This document shows positions 37,601 to 50,959 of a stretch of DNA of 64,000 bases, piece after piece. Each line of letters begins with the position of its first letter. Positions within the stretch are counted from its first letter, which is position 1. Origin of the DNA: Octopus sinensis (Eukaryota); contig NC_043010.1 of assembly GCF_006345805.1 (NCBI RefSeq), forward strand, positions 41,850,001 to 41,914,000. Direction: 5' to 3'. The notes under the pieces were generated by a model. That model did no database searches. It saw nothing but the letters and a program-made list of their open reading frames with translations, and was not told the DNA's origin. The position numbers and the translations under genes were made by a program.

Positions 37601-39280
37601 GAACTAGAAAAGAAAGACCAGGCGGTAGGAAAGACAAGCAACAACATAAGGAATACAGCTCAAACCAAAGTATCTAAAGGAAAAAATAATAAGAGGGCTA
37701 CCAATAAGGAAAGGACAATGGGCACCAACGACTCAAGTGATTTAATTATGGAAGATCAAAAGATTTTAGATGAGTTTCAGGAAGTAATGAGTAAAGAAGT
37801 AAGAAACAGATTGCCTGCATTAAAAGGCACCAACAGAAGGAAGCTTTTAGAAATGACTAGGGAAGTAGACTCTGTCATCAGTAGGTTAGATACTAAAAAT
37901 ATGGGAGACACTAACTTACTGCAGGAGGGGTAGAAGTCGCCAGAAGGTTAGATATCTCACAGGGAAAGATTAAAAAAGAGCAAATGTATAAAAGGGGACT
38001 ACAAAATAAAGTGAAAACTTTAAGACTAGATATCAGTACAATAGAAGCTTGGGAACTGAAGAAATTGGGAAACACAAGATGCAAATCTTCCCTCGAGTAA
38101 AGATACTTAATTAAAAAGAAAGGATTTGGGACAGTAATAGAAGACCTGAAATAGCGTGTCGTAGTAGTAGCAGGCAAGCTCTCCAGATATCAGAAAAGAA
38201 TAGATGAGTATCAACAGATTAGATTATTTAAGACAAGCCAGAGGAGATTTTATAACCAAATAAATAGTGGAGAACTAAGTACTTAAGATGAGAAGCCTAA
38301 TGTAGAAGAAGCTAGAAGGTTCTGGAATAATATTTGGGATAAGTCAGTCAATGATGGAGATGCAGTATGGTTAAAGAAAGTGAAGGAAGAAGTATTGAGT
38401 GAGAAGCAGCCAAATCTAAGTTTAACTAGAGCATTAATGAGTAAAGTATTAGGGAAAATGGAAGGGACCAGGACCAGATTTAGTTTAAGGGTACTGGCTA
38501 AAGAAATTTAGTAGTTTACATGGGAGGCTGAGGGAACAACTTCAAGAGTGCCTTAATGGAGGAATTATACCAGATTTGATGACTAGAGAGAGGATAATAT
38601 TCATCATGAAAGATAAGAGCAAGGGTAATACAGCTAGCAACTATAGACCAATCACTTGCTTACCAGTAGTGTGTAATCTGTTAAATGGTATGCTTTCAGA
38701 AAGCATTTACGAGAACCTTGGCAATCAGAAATTACAGGGAGGACAGAAAAGTTGCAGGAAGAAGGCTACAGGAAAGCATGTTCTATTTCACATAGACAAA
38801 GCAGTTCTAAATTAAGTAAAAGCTAGAAAGAAAAATTTAACAATAGCATGGATAGATTATAGGAAAGATCTGACATGATCCACACTCATGGATAAATGGA
38901 TGTTTGAGTATATTCAGTATAGAATGACGACATAAGAGAATTAATTAGCTTTAGCATGAAGAAATAGAAAGTAAATTTCTACTCGGGTGATACACTGTTA
39001 GGGAAGTTAATATAAAAACAGGCATTTTTCCAGAGGGACTCGTTGTTCCCTTTAATATATAAATATTTCTCGTATGTTTGATCACCCTCAGTTTAGTATC
39101 AGGGACCTCAGAGGCAGGTTATTAGTTCAGAAATAGAAAAGGAAAAATTAACCATTTGTTCTACATGGATGATCTGAAGCTTTTTAGTAAGAACGAAAAA
39201 GAGATAGATTCTTTAATATAGTCTGTAAGACTCTTCAGCAAAGATATAGACATGGAATTTTGGTATAGATAAGTGTTCAT
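37600..39280 (+). pseudogene. R4/Dong-like ORF: N-terminal region and RT core, ending at EFGIDKC
   Basis: SNYRPITCLPVV, AWIDYRK, GIFPEGLVVP and NHLFYMDDLKLF; many stops. Confidence 0.88.
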
Positions 39281-40315
39281 CCCCAGACTGCTTGTAAACA
39301 AAGCCAGAGGCAGAGAAGAAGGTAGAATAAGGAGGCAGACCGAACGGTAATTGAATACTGGATCAGGAGTGAATCCAGCAGAGGGGATTCCAACAAGGAA
39401 TGAAAGCAAAATGGAATGAGATAGGACTCTTCGAAACAAGTAAGCAACGGTTTGCCGACCAGGCAAGAGCAATAAGAACAAAAGGTTGGTTAACAGACAT
39501 AGAAATAGAAGAGACAAAAAGAAAAGTAGGAGATAGAAATAATACTTCACCAACAGATAACGTGCCCAGTCAAAATAGAAAAATGAAAGGCGGTAGTGAA
39601 GAAGTAGAGCAAAGTGTAAATGTAAATGCATTCTCAGCAAATGAAGCAGAAGTAATAGGAAGAGCTATATCGGAAGAATACGATGATGACCAACGAGACA
39701 TAGTGTGGACGCTGCGCAGATATATTCGAAAAGACCAGGATAAAGACCCACAAAACCTGAGGTACATTGACCGACGCAAACTCAAGGCTGAAACCGAACA
39801 GATTCTGTTCTTCGGCTATTCCAGACGAGAAATATAACTGAAACTAACAATATTATTTGGGCTGCAGCTATGGTTGCTGCAGATAGAGCTGGATACAAAT
39901 GAAAAGAACAAACAGAAGGTAAAGAACCATACTGGTGTAGACGAATTTGTAAGAAACAAACAAAATTAAAAAGATGTTTAGAAAAGTTGATAGATTGAAT
40001 AGAGGGGGATTGCAGAACAAAAGCATAAGAATAATGCTGGAAAGATCATATAGAATAAAAGATAAAGGTTATGATGTGATACTAGAAGAAGATCTGAAAC
40101 AAAGTAATAGCAATCAAAGCAAAACTGGAAAGACATGACAATAAAAAAAGTTCAGGCAAAATAGATTGTTTGAAACAAATCAGAAGAAACTCTTTCAGGA
40201 ACTAGATGGACAGATTCACGTAACAATGATACCTGATGCAGAGGAAAGCAAAGCATTCTGGAGAGGGATCTAGGACCAATGTGAAAAGTATAATGATGAA
40301 GCAGAGTGGTGCAGG
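39281..40315 (+). pseudogene. R4/Dong-like N-terminal segment of a second subfamily
   Basis: [33 protein letters not shown]; ends near EKYNDEAEW. Confidence 0.8.
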
Positions 40316-41750
40316 AAATCCAAAACGTGCTGCTATGGTGATGAAACGAAGAAAGCTTACTAGGACAGAAGGCATATAGTTGCCCAGTGGTGAAATGATG
40401 GAGGCAATTCGACCTCAGTCCAGCTATAAATACCTGGGAATACTTGAGGCAGATGGAATCAAATACCACGACATGAAAGAAATTACAAAAAGAGAGTACC
40501 TGCGGCGAGTGAGAAAAATATTGGCTTCAAAGCTGAACATCTGAAACAATTTCGGCAATAAACTCGCGCTCAGTCGCAGTAGTCCGATATGGAAGTGAAC
40601 AGAAGAGGAGCTAAAGAAGATGGACAGGAAGTCAAGAAAGCTCCTAACGATGCTTGGAGCCCATAAATCGCGCACAGATACTGATCGTCGATACATGAAG
40701 AGAGCAAATGGAGGAAGGGGACAGGTAAGTGTGGAAGACTGCGTGCGTATCGAACTCGAGAGCTTAATGAGATACCTTGCCCAAAGTAAGGAAACCTTGC
40801 TACTGACAGTTAGGAACGAGGAAGTATTGGAGGCAAAGAAAAAAGGGAAAACAAAGGACTTGGTACAAAAAGGACTTGTAGAAGAATTACGCAAGAAGAG
40901 ACTACACAATCATTTCCATGTAGCCACAACAGAAGTTGCTGGAAAAAATAAGTGAGATTGGCTAATGACAGGAACCCTAAAAAAAGGTATCGAGAGCGCT
41001 ATACTGACAGCGCAGGACAAAGCTCTGGCCACCAACTGGAGGGTCAACGTGAGGAATGAGCAAGTGTCTCCGCTGTGCCGCATCTGCAGTAGAGTGGATG
41101 AAACCATTGCCTATATCACGAACGACTGCCCTAGACTTGCCCCAAACCACTACATGTTGTGGCAGCAAGACCAGGTAGCGAAAGTGTTACATTGGGAACT
41201 GCGAAAAGTGGGGGCTAGAGAGAGGCATGACGTGGCAGGAGCACAAACTGCAGAGAATGGCAGAGATGGAGACTAGCAAAATCCTCTGGGATTTCCCACT
41301 ACAAAAAGATCAGATGCTAGCGCATAACATACCAGACTTAGTAGTGGTGGACAAGGTGTACCACATATGCTATAATTGTTGACGTTGCATGCCCCTTTAA
41401 TCCACGAACAGTCAAGAGGAAGGCGAAAAGATAGATACAAGCCTCTTAAGTACGAAGTAGCCTGGCTATGGGAAATGAAAGTGAAGATAGTGCCAATTAT
41501 TGTTAGCTCCTTCGGAGCAATATCAGAAGGCATCAAAAGGAATATAAAGAAATTGGAATAGAGTGCCCAGTAGAACTGTTACAAAAGGTGTGCCTCCTTG
41601 GCACGGCCAGAATAATCAGGAATGTATAAGATAGCTGAAAAAAAAATGGATAGCATGCTACCATAGGCTGCAGATAGCAAGCTCGCTACGGATGCAAGAT
41701 TCCAGGAGCTTTAACAAAACCTGTGATAAAGAGAAAATAATAATGATGAT
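40316..41750 (+). mobile_element. R4/Dong-like 3' half (RT thumb, CCHC, REL, 3' UTR, AAT tail)
   Basis: YKYLGILE, MDRKSRKLLTM, GGRGQVSVED, AQDKALATN, CRICSRVDETIAYITNDC, KILWDF and IVPIIVSSFG. Confidence 0.9.
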
Positions 41751-41849
41751 TTTTTATTATTTGATGAAATCTCTCAGCTTATTTTGCTGAGAAAGCTGGA
41801 AAGTGTCAGCTGTCCACAGCCAGTAGACTTACGTAGCACTTGTTTACTG

Positions 41850-42050
41850 GTTAAGCTTCAAGAAACTCAAGAACTCTTGCAGTTCCAAGTAATAATGAAA
41901 TTTGTAGGTATTCTATCTTTACATTTGTACCAATCTTCTTGAACCATGTTAGTAGATAAGGGCTGATACTTCTAAGAGTGCCAATTTTAACTGATATCAC
42001 GTCCACTCTCTTCATTGCCCACAACCTGCGTATTTCATACTTGAAATCAT
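41850..42050 (-). pseudogene. R4/Dong-like REL C-terminal fragment
   Basis: KYEIRRLWAMKRVDVISVKIGTL..LQISLLLGTARVL. Confidence 0.7.
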
Positions 42051-42059
42051 TATAGCTGT

Positions 42060-43195
42060 TCAGTTATTATTATTATTTATGGCTTCCTTTCATTATAACT
42101 TTATTTCAACTCCCTTAGTACCGGGCATCCTCCGGAGGCTAAAAGTAGCAAAAGCACTTTTGTTTTGTTATTTATGCTAAAAAATTTACCACATTTATTC
42201 CATTTTAGATGGAGAGTGCTTTCCGTAGTATATGGGCTGTACCCATCAAGGTTATTTTTTGTAGTTCACGGAGATTAGGGTTACCAGGGAGTTGCTTAAT
42301 ATACTTCTCAGGTCCCTTCTTTATCTTTTCGAACTCAACAGTCACTATTGGTATTATCGTAGTACTAAGCTTCCACATTTTTGTGATTTCAATTTGCAGA
42401 TCTTTATAGTAAGAAAGCTTTTCATATTCTTTGTTGAGACATTTTAATCTTGTGGGACTGACATACCTATTACCAGACAAATTCCTCTGTTTAGTCCTTG
42501 ATCACAATGTCTGGTCGATTGGAGTCAATTTTTCTCTCTGTTTGTATTGAGAATTTAGAAAAGATGATGACGCCCTCGCCTCTGGATGGAACCTGTACCA
42601 CTTACCATGGGATTTAATTTTGTAGTATTTACAAACATTCCAGTGGATGTACTGCCCTAGTCTGTCATGTCTTATGAGGTACTCTTTTTCAGCGAGGCCT
42701 GAGCAGTCAGAAACAACATGATCAATTGTCTCTGCGAATTTTCCGCAAATTCTGCACGGGGGGGGGGGGTCAGATCCATCGTTAAGGACGTTTGCATGGT
42801 AGTTTCTAGTAGGTAAGCTCTGATCGTGCGCTGCAGTAACAACACCTGTTTCCCCTTTCAGACATGTCCTTTGTAGCCATTGGTGTGTTAGATTTTGATC
42901 AATATCTGGCTTGGACAGGCGATTAGGTTATTTTCCATTCAGGAGTTTGCCTTTCCAGTTGTCTTCGATATTATTCATACAAGCCTTCTTTGCTTTTTTT
43001 ATGATGTTTTTTTTGCATCAGTGATGAGGTTATCTCGAATTGGATCTCGTTAGTCTTTCTGATTGTTAATTTCTAAATCAAGGGAAGCAATGGTAGGTCT
43101 GTCAGTATTTGGGTGTCTTTGGTCATTCTTATTGTTAACTTTTAAAATTTCTTACTAAGCTTCATGACTAAAGCTTGCTTGGAATCTTCATGCTT
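42060..43195 (-). mobile_element. R4/Dong-like 3' fragment ending in an (AAT)n tail
   Basis: AAHDQSLPTRNY, CRICGKFAETIDHVVSDC, RHDRLGQYIHW, SNRPDIVIKD and GTAHILRKALSI*. Confidence 0.9.
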
Positions 43196-43204
43196 CAGTG
43201 CAGT

Positions 43205-43490
43205 TCGTAAGAACGTATCACGGTATTTCGTCTGTCTTTACGTTCTGAGTTCAAATTCCACCGAGGTCGACTTGCCTTTCATCCTTTTGCCGTCGATAAA
43301 TTAAGTACCAGTTGCGTACTGGGGTCAATTTAATCGACTGGCTCCTCTCCGAAAATTTCGGGCCTTGTGCCTAAAGTAGAAAAGATTATTACGGCAGCGA
43401 GCTGGCAGGATCGCTAGTGCGCAGAACAAAATGTTTAGCGGCATTTCGCCCGTCTTTACACTTTGGGTTCAAATTCCGCTACTTTGCCTT
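43205..43490 (+). mobile_element. Two adjacent S2 SINE copies (43205-43385 and 43389-43490)
   Basis: ttacgttctgagttcaaattccaccgaggtcgac and ggcagcgagctggcaggatcgctag heads. Confidence 0.85.
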
Positions 43491-43499
43491 CTAGGCATG

Positions 43500-44640
43500 A
43501 AAATCTAATTAGTTCTAGTGCATGGTATTATAAGTAGCAGGTATTTTATTTTGATGACTGGTGATAGCAAGTCGCCTCAAATCTCAAGAATCTTTCTTAG
43601 GATCCTTGCAGAATATAGGACGGTACTTTTCTGCTTGTCGACAATGCGAGTTTCAGTTCCAATCTTTCAATCATTTAACTAGCAATTTGGGTGCTGTGCC
43701 AAGCGCACTTGTTACTACAGGTATAATTTTTGACTTGATCTTCCACAGCTCACCTCAGCTCTCCGGCTCGATCCTGATATTTCTCCATCTTTTCAATTTC
43801 TTTGTTATCAACTCAGTTATCACAGAAAATTGCAAAATTTATGACGTTACACTACTTGTTTATATTGTTCTCTACAATCATTTCTGGTCTTCTTGCTTCA
43901 ATAATATGGTTAGTCTTTATGGATAAGTACCGCAAGATCTTGTAGCTTTCATTTTCTATCACAGCTGGCTCTTGCTATACAACTTTTCTGTTATTTTGAA
44001 CCTAACACCACAATGTACTCTTTTGCCTACACAGTCATCTCTGCGCTTATACTCCTTTTGTCCTAGAGTAATGCACTCACTCAAACGGTGAGTGATACCT
44101 TTGTCTCCTTTTCTGCAGATTCTACATTTACTGTCTGAATACTTTTTGTCGATCTTTTCCTTTATCAGATTTGTTCTAAGGATTTGTTCCTGAGCATCCA
44201 TAATTAGCGTTTTGTCTCTCGTTTCAATTTCCCAAACGTTGACCAGCGATCTTTTGCTTCCAACATTCTTGATTAGTTGCATGAATTTGTCATGTGATTC
44301 CATTTCTTTCCCTTTGCTTATTTTGTTGTTCTTCCTTTTCTCCTTGACTTCTGTTTCAGCTATTTTTTTAGGTATTTCTGGCTGCTAATAGTATTCATTA
44401 TTTACTCTGCACAACATATTTTTTCTGATCCCGCATCGCAATATTAACAGTATCTTCTGCATTTAGCCATACATTTCCACTTTCTTTTCTTGGTAAATAG
44501 AATCGGTCAGTATTATTAGTGGAGTGCTTTGTGCATTTTGAGTAGCTTTCTAGTTCTATACAACTTCAGTAGCTCGGCATTTGTCCATTTCAGAGAAGAA
44601 GCAGTGTATCTTAATACTTGCATCGCACTTGTATGTATAA
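43500..44640 (-). pseudogene. R4/Dong-like 3' fragment (decayed)
   Basis: LIMDAQEQILRTN, SKCRICRKGDKGITHRLSEC, EYKRRDDCVGK and IIPVVTSALG. Confidence 0.85.
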
Positions 44641-44659
44641 CTTTAATCTTGTTCTTTAT

Positions 44660-45063
44660 ACTTTTGCTTTACTTTTACCTGTTTTAATCTTTTGACTGCG
44701 GCTATGCTGGGACAGAGTCTTGAAGAGTTGCAGTCGAACAAATGGACCTCAGGTCATATTTTTTAAGCCTGGTACTTATTCTATCGCTAGATTACGGGTA
44801 CGTAAACATACCAACATCAATTGTCAAGCGGTGGTAGAGGGTAAACACCTACTCAAAGACACTCAGACATAATATATACAAATATATACAAATATATGGA
44901 GGACGGGCTTCTTTCAGTTCCCATCTACCAAATTCCCTCTCAAGGCTTTGGTCGTCCTGAGGCTATAGTAGAAGACACTTACCTAAGGTGCCACGCACTG
45001 GGACTGAACATGAAATCATGTGGTTGGGAAGCAAGCGTCATAACCACACAGCCACGCCTGCGG
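44660..45063 (-). mobile_element. SINE family S1, near full length
   Basis: Head at 45063 (caggcgtggctgtgtggtt); body matches S1. Confidence 0.88.
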
Positions 45064-45164
45064 CTTAATTCTTTTTCGAGTATCTTCCTAATTCTCCTCT
45101 TCCACCCTTTGAGTGACTTTCTCTTTCATTCTCCTTCCATTATCCTATCGTCTTGCAACACTCG

Positions 45165-45365
45165 AACTGGCAGGATCAATAGCATGTCGGTCAACATTCT
45201 TAGCAGCATTTCGTCTGTATTTACGTTTTGGGATCAAATTCCACCGAAGTAAACTTTGTCTTTCATTCTTTTGGAGGTCGATAAAATAAGTACCAGTTGA
45301 GCATTAGGGTCGATGTAATCGACTTATCCCTAACACGTAACTTGCCGGCTTTGTGCCAAAAGTTG
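45165..45365 (+). mobile_element. SINE family S2
   Basis: aactggcaggatcaatagcatg...gtcgataaaataagtaccagttg. Confidence 0.8.
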
Positions 45366-45392
45366 AAATTATCATTATCATCATCATCATCA

Positions 45393-45447
<55 letters not shown>

Positions 45448-45590
45448 CATCATAATCATTTTCATTGTCATCTTTCAATTCTGTTTCCATTTCTTGCTGG
45501 GTGTTTTCAAAATTATTATTATATTATAATTATTATTATTATTATCATCATTATTATTATTGTTATTATTATTATCATTATTATTATTAT

Positions 45591-46148
45591 TGAGTGAGAG
45601 AGCAGTTCATGCCATCAAAGTGACACTGGGGTAAAATATACGAAGCCCAGTATACCCATCATGACTACCTGTCTGATAAGGGTACACCAGGCACATGCAT
45701 CACAACCATATGTGCGCGACATGGTGATCTCATATCAAGATAAACAGCACATGACCTTGCAGGTGGGGCCCAGTTAGAATTTTCTTCAGGTTGAGTAGCC
45801 CATCCCGCTCAAAAGGTCCCTGAATAAGGGTTGTTTAAGGATGTTGAAAGAACCACCCATGTTTCCAGAGGTGAACTATTCAAACCCCAAAGAATCCCTC
45901 TCAACACATGGCTATGATGCTCCCCCACTACTTCTGCTCGTGATCAGAGATGCACATATCGTCAGCCACTAAGGGACATGCTCAACTGGATAAGGTCAAA
46001 CAACTGACAAGCAAATCTGTGGTACTGAGCAGAATATTTGCTGTAGCCCATCTTTTATACCAAGACAAAACAATGTACATGATAACACTTCCAGTCGGTT
46101 AAGATCAGAAGCCACGAGAACCACTGCCTGGTACTGCATCAGGGCATA
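45591..46148 (-). mobile_element. ~550-bp non-coding element, copy 3, embedded in (ATT)n
   Basis: Reverse-complement homolog of 34254-34802, flanked by ATT arrays on both sides. Confidence 0.88.
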
Positions 46149-46206
<58 letters not shown>

Positions 46207-46208
46207 AT

Positions 46209-46276
<68 letters not shown>

Positions 46277-46914
46277 TTATTATTATTATTATTGTTATTA
46301 TTATTATTATTATTATTATATTATTATTATTATTATTATTATTATAGAAGCTTTTATTAGAAATGTTTATTATTATCATTATCATTACTATCAGCAATAA
46401 AAAGAAATAGATCATTACGAATAACAATAGGGGGTAAAAAAAAACGGCATTGTAAAATATTCCGAGTGAAGTCTGCATTTCCATTATTGACAATTGCAGC
46501 ATAAACCAAACACCAAATAGTTGAGGACTAATTTCTAATCTTTCATTACACATATTCCAGTGCTGCAAGGCATCCTCTAAAATGTTGCCATAATATTTCT
46601 TTCTAACCAACACGATTTTACCCTGTTTCATTCCATGCCCAAATGTTATCAAATAAAAGTGTGTATTGATTATGAATGATATATCAAAATCAATAGTGCA
46701 GAAAACCAAAATAATAGAATAGGCAACCGAACAGTTAGACATAGGGAAACTACGTTCTTTTATATTCATTATTATGTAGACATTAATGTAGACACATACA
46801 AGCGCGTTGGCTCACACCGGCGCACTAATATGCTTGTACGTAAACATGCACAAATACACAGAGACATGTTCACTTACATATATGTATGAGCGTGGGACTA
46901 TATATATATATATG

Positions 46915-46957
<43 letters not shown>

Positions 46958-47919
46958 ATACGCACATATATACATGCGTATATTTACATATACATAGTCA
47001 AAAGGGGTACATTCATACAAAGAACCAGGCATGCATAAATGAGAACACACACATATATGAATATATATACACATATACACACATATCTATCCATCTTTCT
47101 ATCTATCTATCTATCGATCTATCTATCTATTTACATCTCTCTCTTTCTCTCTCTCTCTATATATATGTGTGTGTTTGTGGGTGGGGGTGGGTGGGTGGGT
47201 AGGTGGGTGTGCATGTATCTATATATATGTATACATATGTATAAATATACATAAGCATATATTTACATATACATGGTCAAAATTAATACATTCACACAAA
47301 AAAGAACCAGGCATGCGTAGAGGAGAATACACACTCACTCACACACACACACATATATATGTATATGTGTGTGTATCTATATAAATATATATAAAATACA
47401 TATGTATCTATGCATCCATGTATGGATGTGTGCATATATGTGTGTAAGTACGTAGACACGCATATATCTTCTACATGAATGGCAGTTTCTGTCTGTTACC
47501 AACTTGCTGCCTACACCAGTGAATCAATCTTGACAAAACTTTTCATACATGTTAAACTAACACCCAGTTCAAATATAAGCTAATTGGATTTCAATAAAAA
47601 CCTATAATGGGCCCCCCTGGGGGCGGTATTTTTTGATAAAATGAGAAGGGTGCAAAGAATGTTAGTGTGAAGGAAATGTGGTGGCATAGTGAGTGTGGCT
47701 AATATCAGGGAAGAGGAGAACAATGTTGTGTAAGCGGCAAATATAGAGTAGCAGTGGGATGATAATGTTAATACAGCTGTCATTCACGGATATACTCGAC
47801 GGCGCATACATACTTTCGTAAATACATAGATACATGCAAACACACAATACATACACATGCACATACACATAACTAACTTTTAAAACGCCGAGGAAGGGAA
47901 AGAAAGTTGAGCGCGAGAA

Positions 47920-48156
47920 ATACGTAGCTTTAAGGAGAGAGAAGGTAGGTGGCTTTTCGTATAGCCAACAGTGGGGTTTTATTTCGTTTTTTTTTTCGTA
48001 GCAGTTAAATAGATCATTATTCAATTCATAACTCCAAGAGAAATGAGTTTTGTAATTACGGTTTATTCTATAACTACAGCTGGAAAGAAATTGTTTACCT
48101 GCTGAGATGTTTTCGTTCTGTTCCTCGATTGTGTTGTTGATGTTTTGTCCAGCCAT
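47920..48156 (-). pseudogene. R4/Dong-like extreme N-terminal fragment
   Basis: KTHFSWSYELNNDLFNCYEK resembles the W...N..L..CY N-terminal motif of R4-type ORFs. Confidence 0.4.
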
Positions 48157-48364
48157 GTTGTTTGTAGTAACTCTCAGTATGGAACATTCAAGTTTCAGTC
48201 GAAAATCACTACGATCGTGTATAAAAGGCTCCCTCGGTTAATTCATCTGAAGATTAACCAGTTATTTAGACAAGGCTGATAGTTGTGGCTCCAAACTTGG
48301 AGATAGTATTCATCGTATTTTCGATAAATTGTCTCCCATGCCTAATAGGCCACTTGTGTCTTCG

Positions 48365-48416
48365 ATGTATGTATGTATGTATGTATGTATGTATGTATGT
48401 ATGTATGTATGTATGT

Positions 48417-48456
<40 letters not shown>

Positions 48457-48588
48457 ATGTATGTATGTATGTATGTATGTATGTATGTATGTATAGGCAG
48501 ACAGACAGATAGTCAGGCAGACAGATAGGCAGACAGACAGATAGTCATACAGACAAATAGATCGATAGCTAGATAGATAGATAAATAA

Positions 48589-48680
<92 letters not shown>
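48365..48680. repeat. (TATG)n/(GACA)n/(GATA)n compound microsatellite
   Basis: Directly visible. Confidence 0.95.
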
Positions 48681-48681
<1 letters not shown>

Positions 48682-49824
48682 ATGAAAGGAAGTTGAAAAT
48701 ATATGTGGAATTCTTAAAAATTTATGGATAGGTTTCACAATTTCGTGCTTTTAAAAAACAGTGTGACATGGAAAAAGATGGAACAATGCCGCATTAGTTT
48801 TGACTCTCATTGGAATTTGAAAATTTGCTCCATTTTATAAAGAGATTATTGTTCAACTCACCTTCAGCTTTGGTACAATTGGTTAATTGAATCTGGTCAA
48901 GAGATCAGATATAAATTATATTTTGCACAAAATGTTAAACTCATGTTAATTTACTGAATGTGACATGTGACAAGATAGATAACAATTGTACGTTATGTGC
49001 ACGTATTAGATGAACTGGCAGCATAGGTGACATTTGTGCTAAAAATCCAGTTTTTGCTCGTCCGGTGAATGTGACATGTGATAGTAAGAACGACGGATTA
49101 CTTACGTGTACATTAGTGATATTAATTTAAATTTTAGCGGATGGAACCTTTAATGAAGTAACTCAGATAATTTGTCCCATTTTGGGAAACATACCAAATC
49201 TTTTAAGAAATGACTTGGTCCTATTAAGTTACCTCTCGGAAAATCTTAACAAAAACACAGTACTCTTATTGTGTCATTTGGTATAGTAAACCTCCATGCA
49301 ACTACTCTACATAACTATGGGCTAGAAATAAAAGAATTCTGAGTTGAAAAGTTCTCTAATTTAATCCCAGACCAAAACCATTATATCTATTCTGCATAAG
49401 AATTTTCCAGCTTCAATGGCAGTATTTAATATAATCAAACATTTTGGACGGTGATGGGAACATGGGTTAGATGACTGCTTTATTTTGTGAACCTACGGTC
49501 TTGGGCTCATCTTGACACCGAATATTTGATATTATGCACATGTTCCACGCTCTTAAATGTAATGTTGAGTTGAGTCAAGCTCTTAGGAAATACACACACA
49601 AACATGTTTTGTATTATATGATTTTTTTCATACAAACGTTCATTAAATTAAATATTTACAATTCAGTATTTTCTACGTCCATGATTTCAAATATAAAAAT
49701 ATATTATTTCCCATTGATTCAGGTTTTGGACAAACATTTCTTCCTTGAACACTTTTTTTGCTTTGATTTCAGGCCTTAAAGGATAAGAAAAATATCTTAA
49801 AATTTATTTAAACTGTGTCTAAAT

Positions 49825-49903
49825 TAATTTTTTTATTATTTTTAGGTAAGTAGAAACGCTTTTCCTTTTTAATTCATGGTGTACACTTCTAAAGCTGGTA
49901 AGT
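49825..49903 (+). promoter_or_regulatory. Candidate recursive splice site (3'SS immediately followed by 5'SS) with a 52-nt RS-exon or micro-exon
   Basis: ttaattttttttattatttttAG|GTAAGT (AG at 49844-45), then a second donor CTG|GTAAGT at 49898. Confidence 0.35.
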
Positions 49904-50574
49904 CTTTTCAATTACCTTAAAAAAATAGTTGTTTTGATATATAATTTTAAAGAACGGAACAACTTTTCATTGATAAAACTAGATAAATTTTGTTTTATTA
50001 CAAAGATATTCCGACATTATTCTTACTATACAAGCACTTTCGTAAAGAAGATAAATACTGGCAGATATTTGTTGATTAATTCGCAATGCTGACTACAGTA
50101 TATCACATTTGAAAGGTTCATGAAAGAGCTATTTCTCTGCTCTAACCTAATTTTATGTGTGAATATTTTAAGAAAGATTTAATATACAGAATACACATAT
50201 ACATACATACATACATACATACATACATACATACATACATACATACATGCATACATATATATATATATATATGTATACATACATATATATGTATATATAT
50301 ATATAATGTGTCTGTCTGTCTGAGTGTGAGTGTGTGTGTGAGTGTTTTTGTGTGTGTGTGTGTGTGTATTTCTGTGTGTATGTATATTATTATTCAGTTT
50401 TATTTCAAGATGAGCCGGTTTCTAGCCTAGATCCAAGACTCCTTCATTAGAATTTCAACAACATCAACAGGGTATTTTTCTATGTATGCATATGTGCAAA
50501 TTTGTGTGTTTTGTTTTATACGTGTATTCTCATGCATATAGTCGCATGTCTAGATATGATCGTATATACTTAAA

Positions 50575-50800
50575 TGATAAACCTCCGGAAAGTTTTACAA
50601 ATTTTTACAGCTCCAGTGGTTTCTTGGATATATAGTATTCAAATATGCTTTCTCCTTTCTGGTTTTGAGAAGCGTAATTTCTCAAGATTGTTATTTAGGA
50701 AGTTTGTTACTTATCCCAGTGCCCCAATAATTACAGGTATAAACCTGAACTTGTAATCTGGATAGATTAGCTGTAGATTCCTCAATAGTTCACAGTGAAA
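50575..50800 (-). pseudogene. R4/Dong-like REL C-terminal fragment
   Basis: LLRNLQLIYPDYKFRFIPVIIGALG..GAVKICKTF. Confidence 0.8.
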
Positions 50801-50959
50801 AAGAAAATACTGTGAACTATGTAACTCAGTTTCCCTTCTCTTACGTATGTATGTATGTATGTATGTATGTATGTATGTATGTATGTATGTACGTATGTAT
50901 GTATGTATGTATGTATGTATGTATGTATGTATGTATGTATGTATGTATGTATGTATATG

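Noticed and set aside
45996-46769. 257-aa ORF, the longest in the window
   Set aside because: It spans (AAT)/(GTA) arrays and part of the 550-bp repeat; the unique part has no recognisable domain or splice context.
47580-47790. Possible CR1/L2 RT fragment (IFAAYTTLFSS)
   Set aside because: The resemblance to FADDTTL lacks the catalytic DD and has no supporting motifs.
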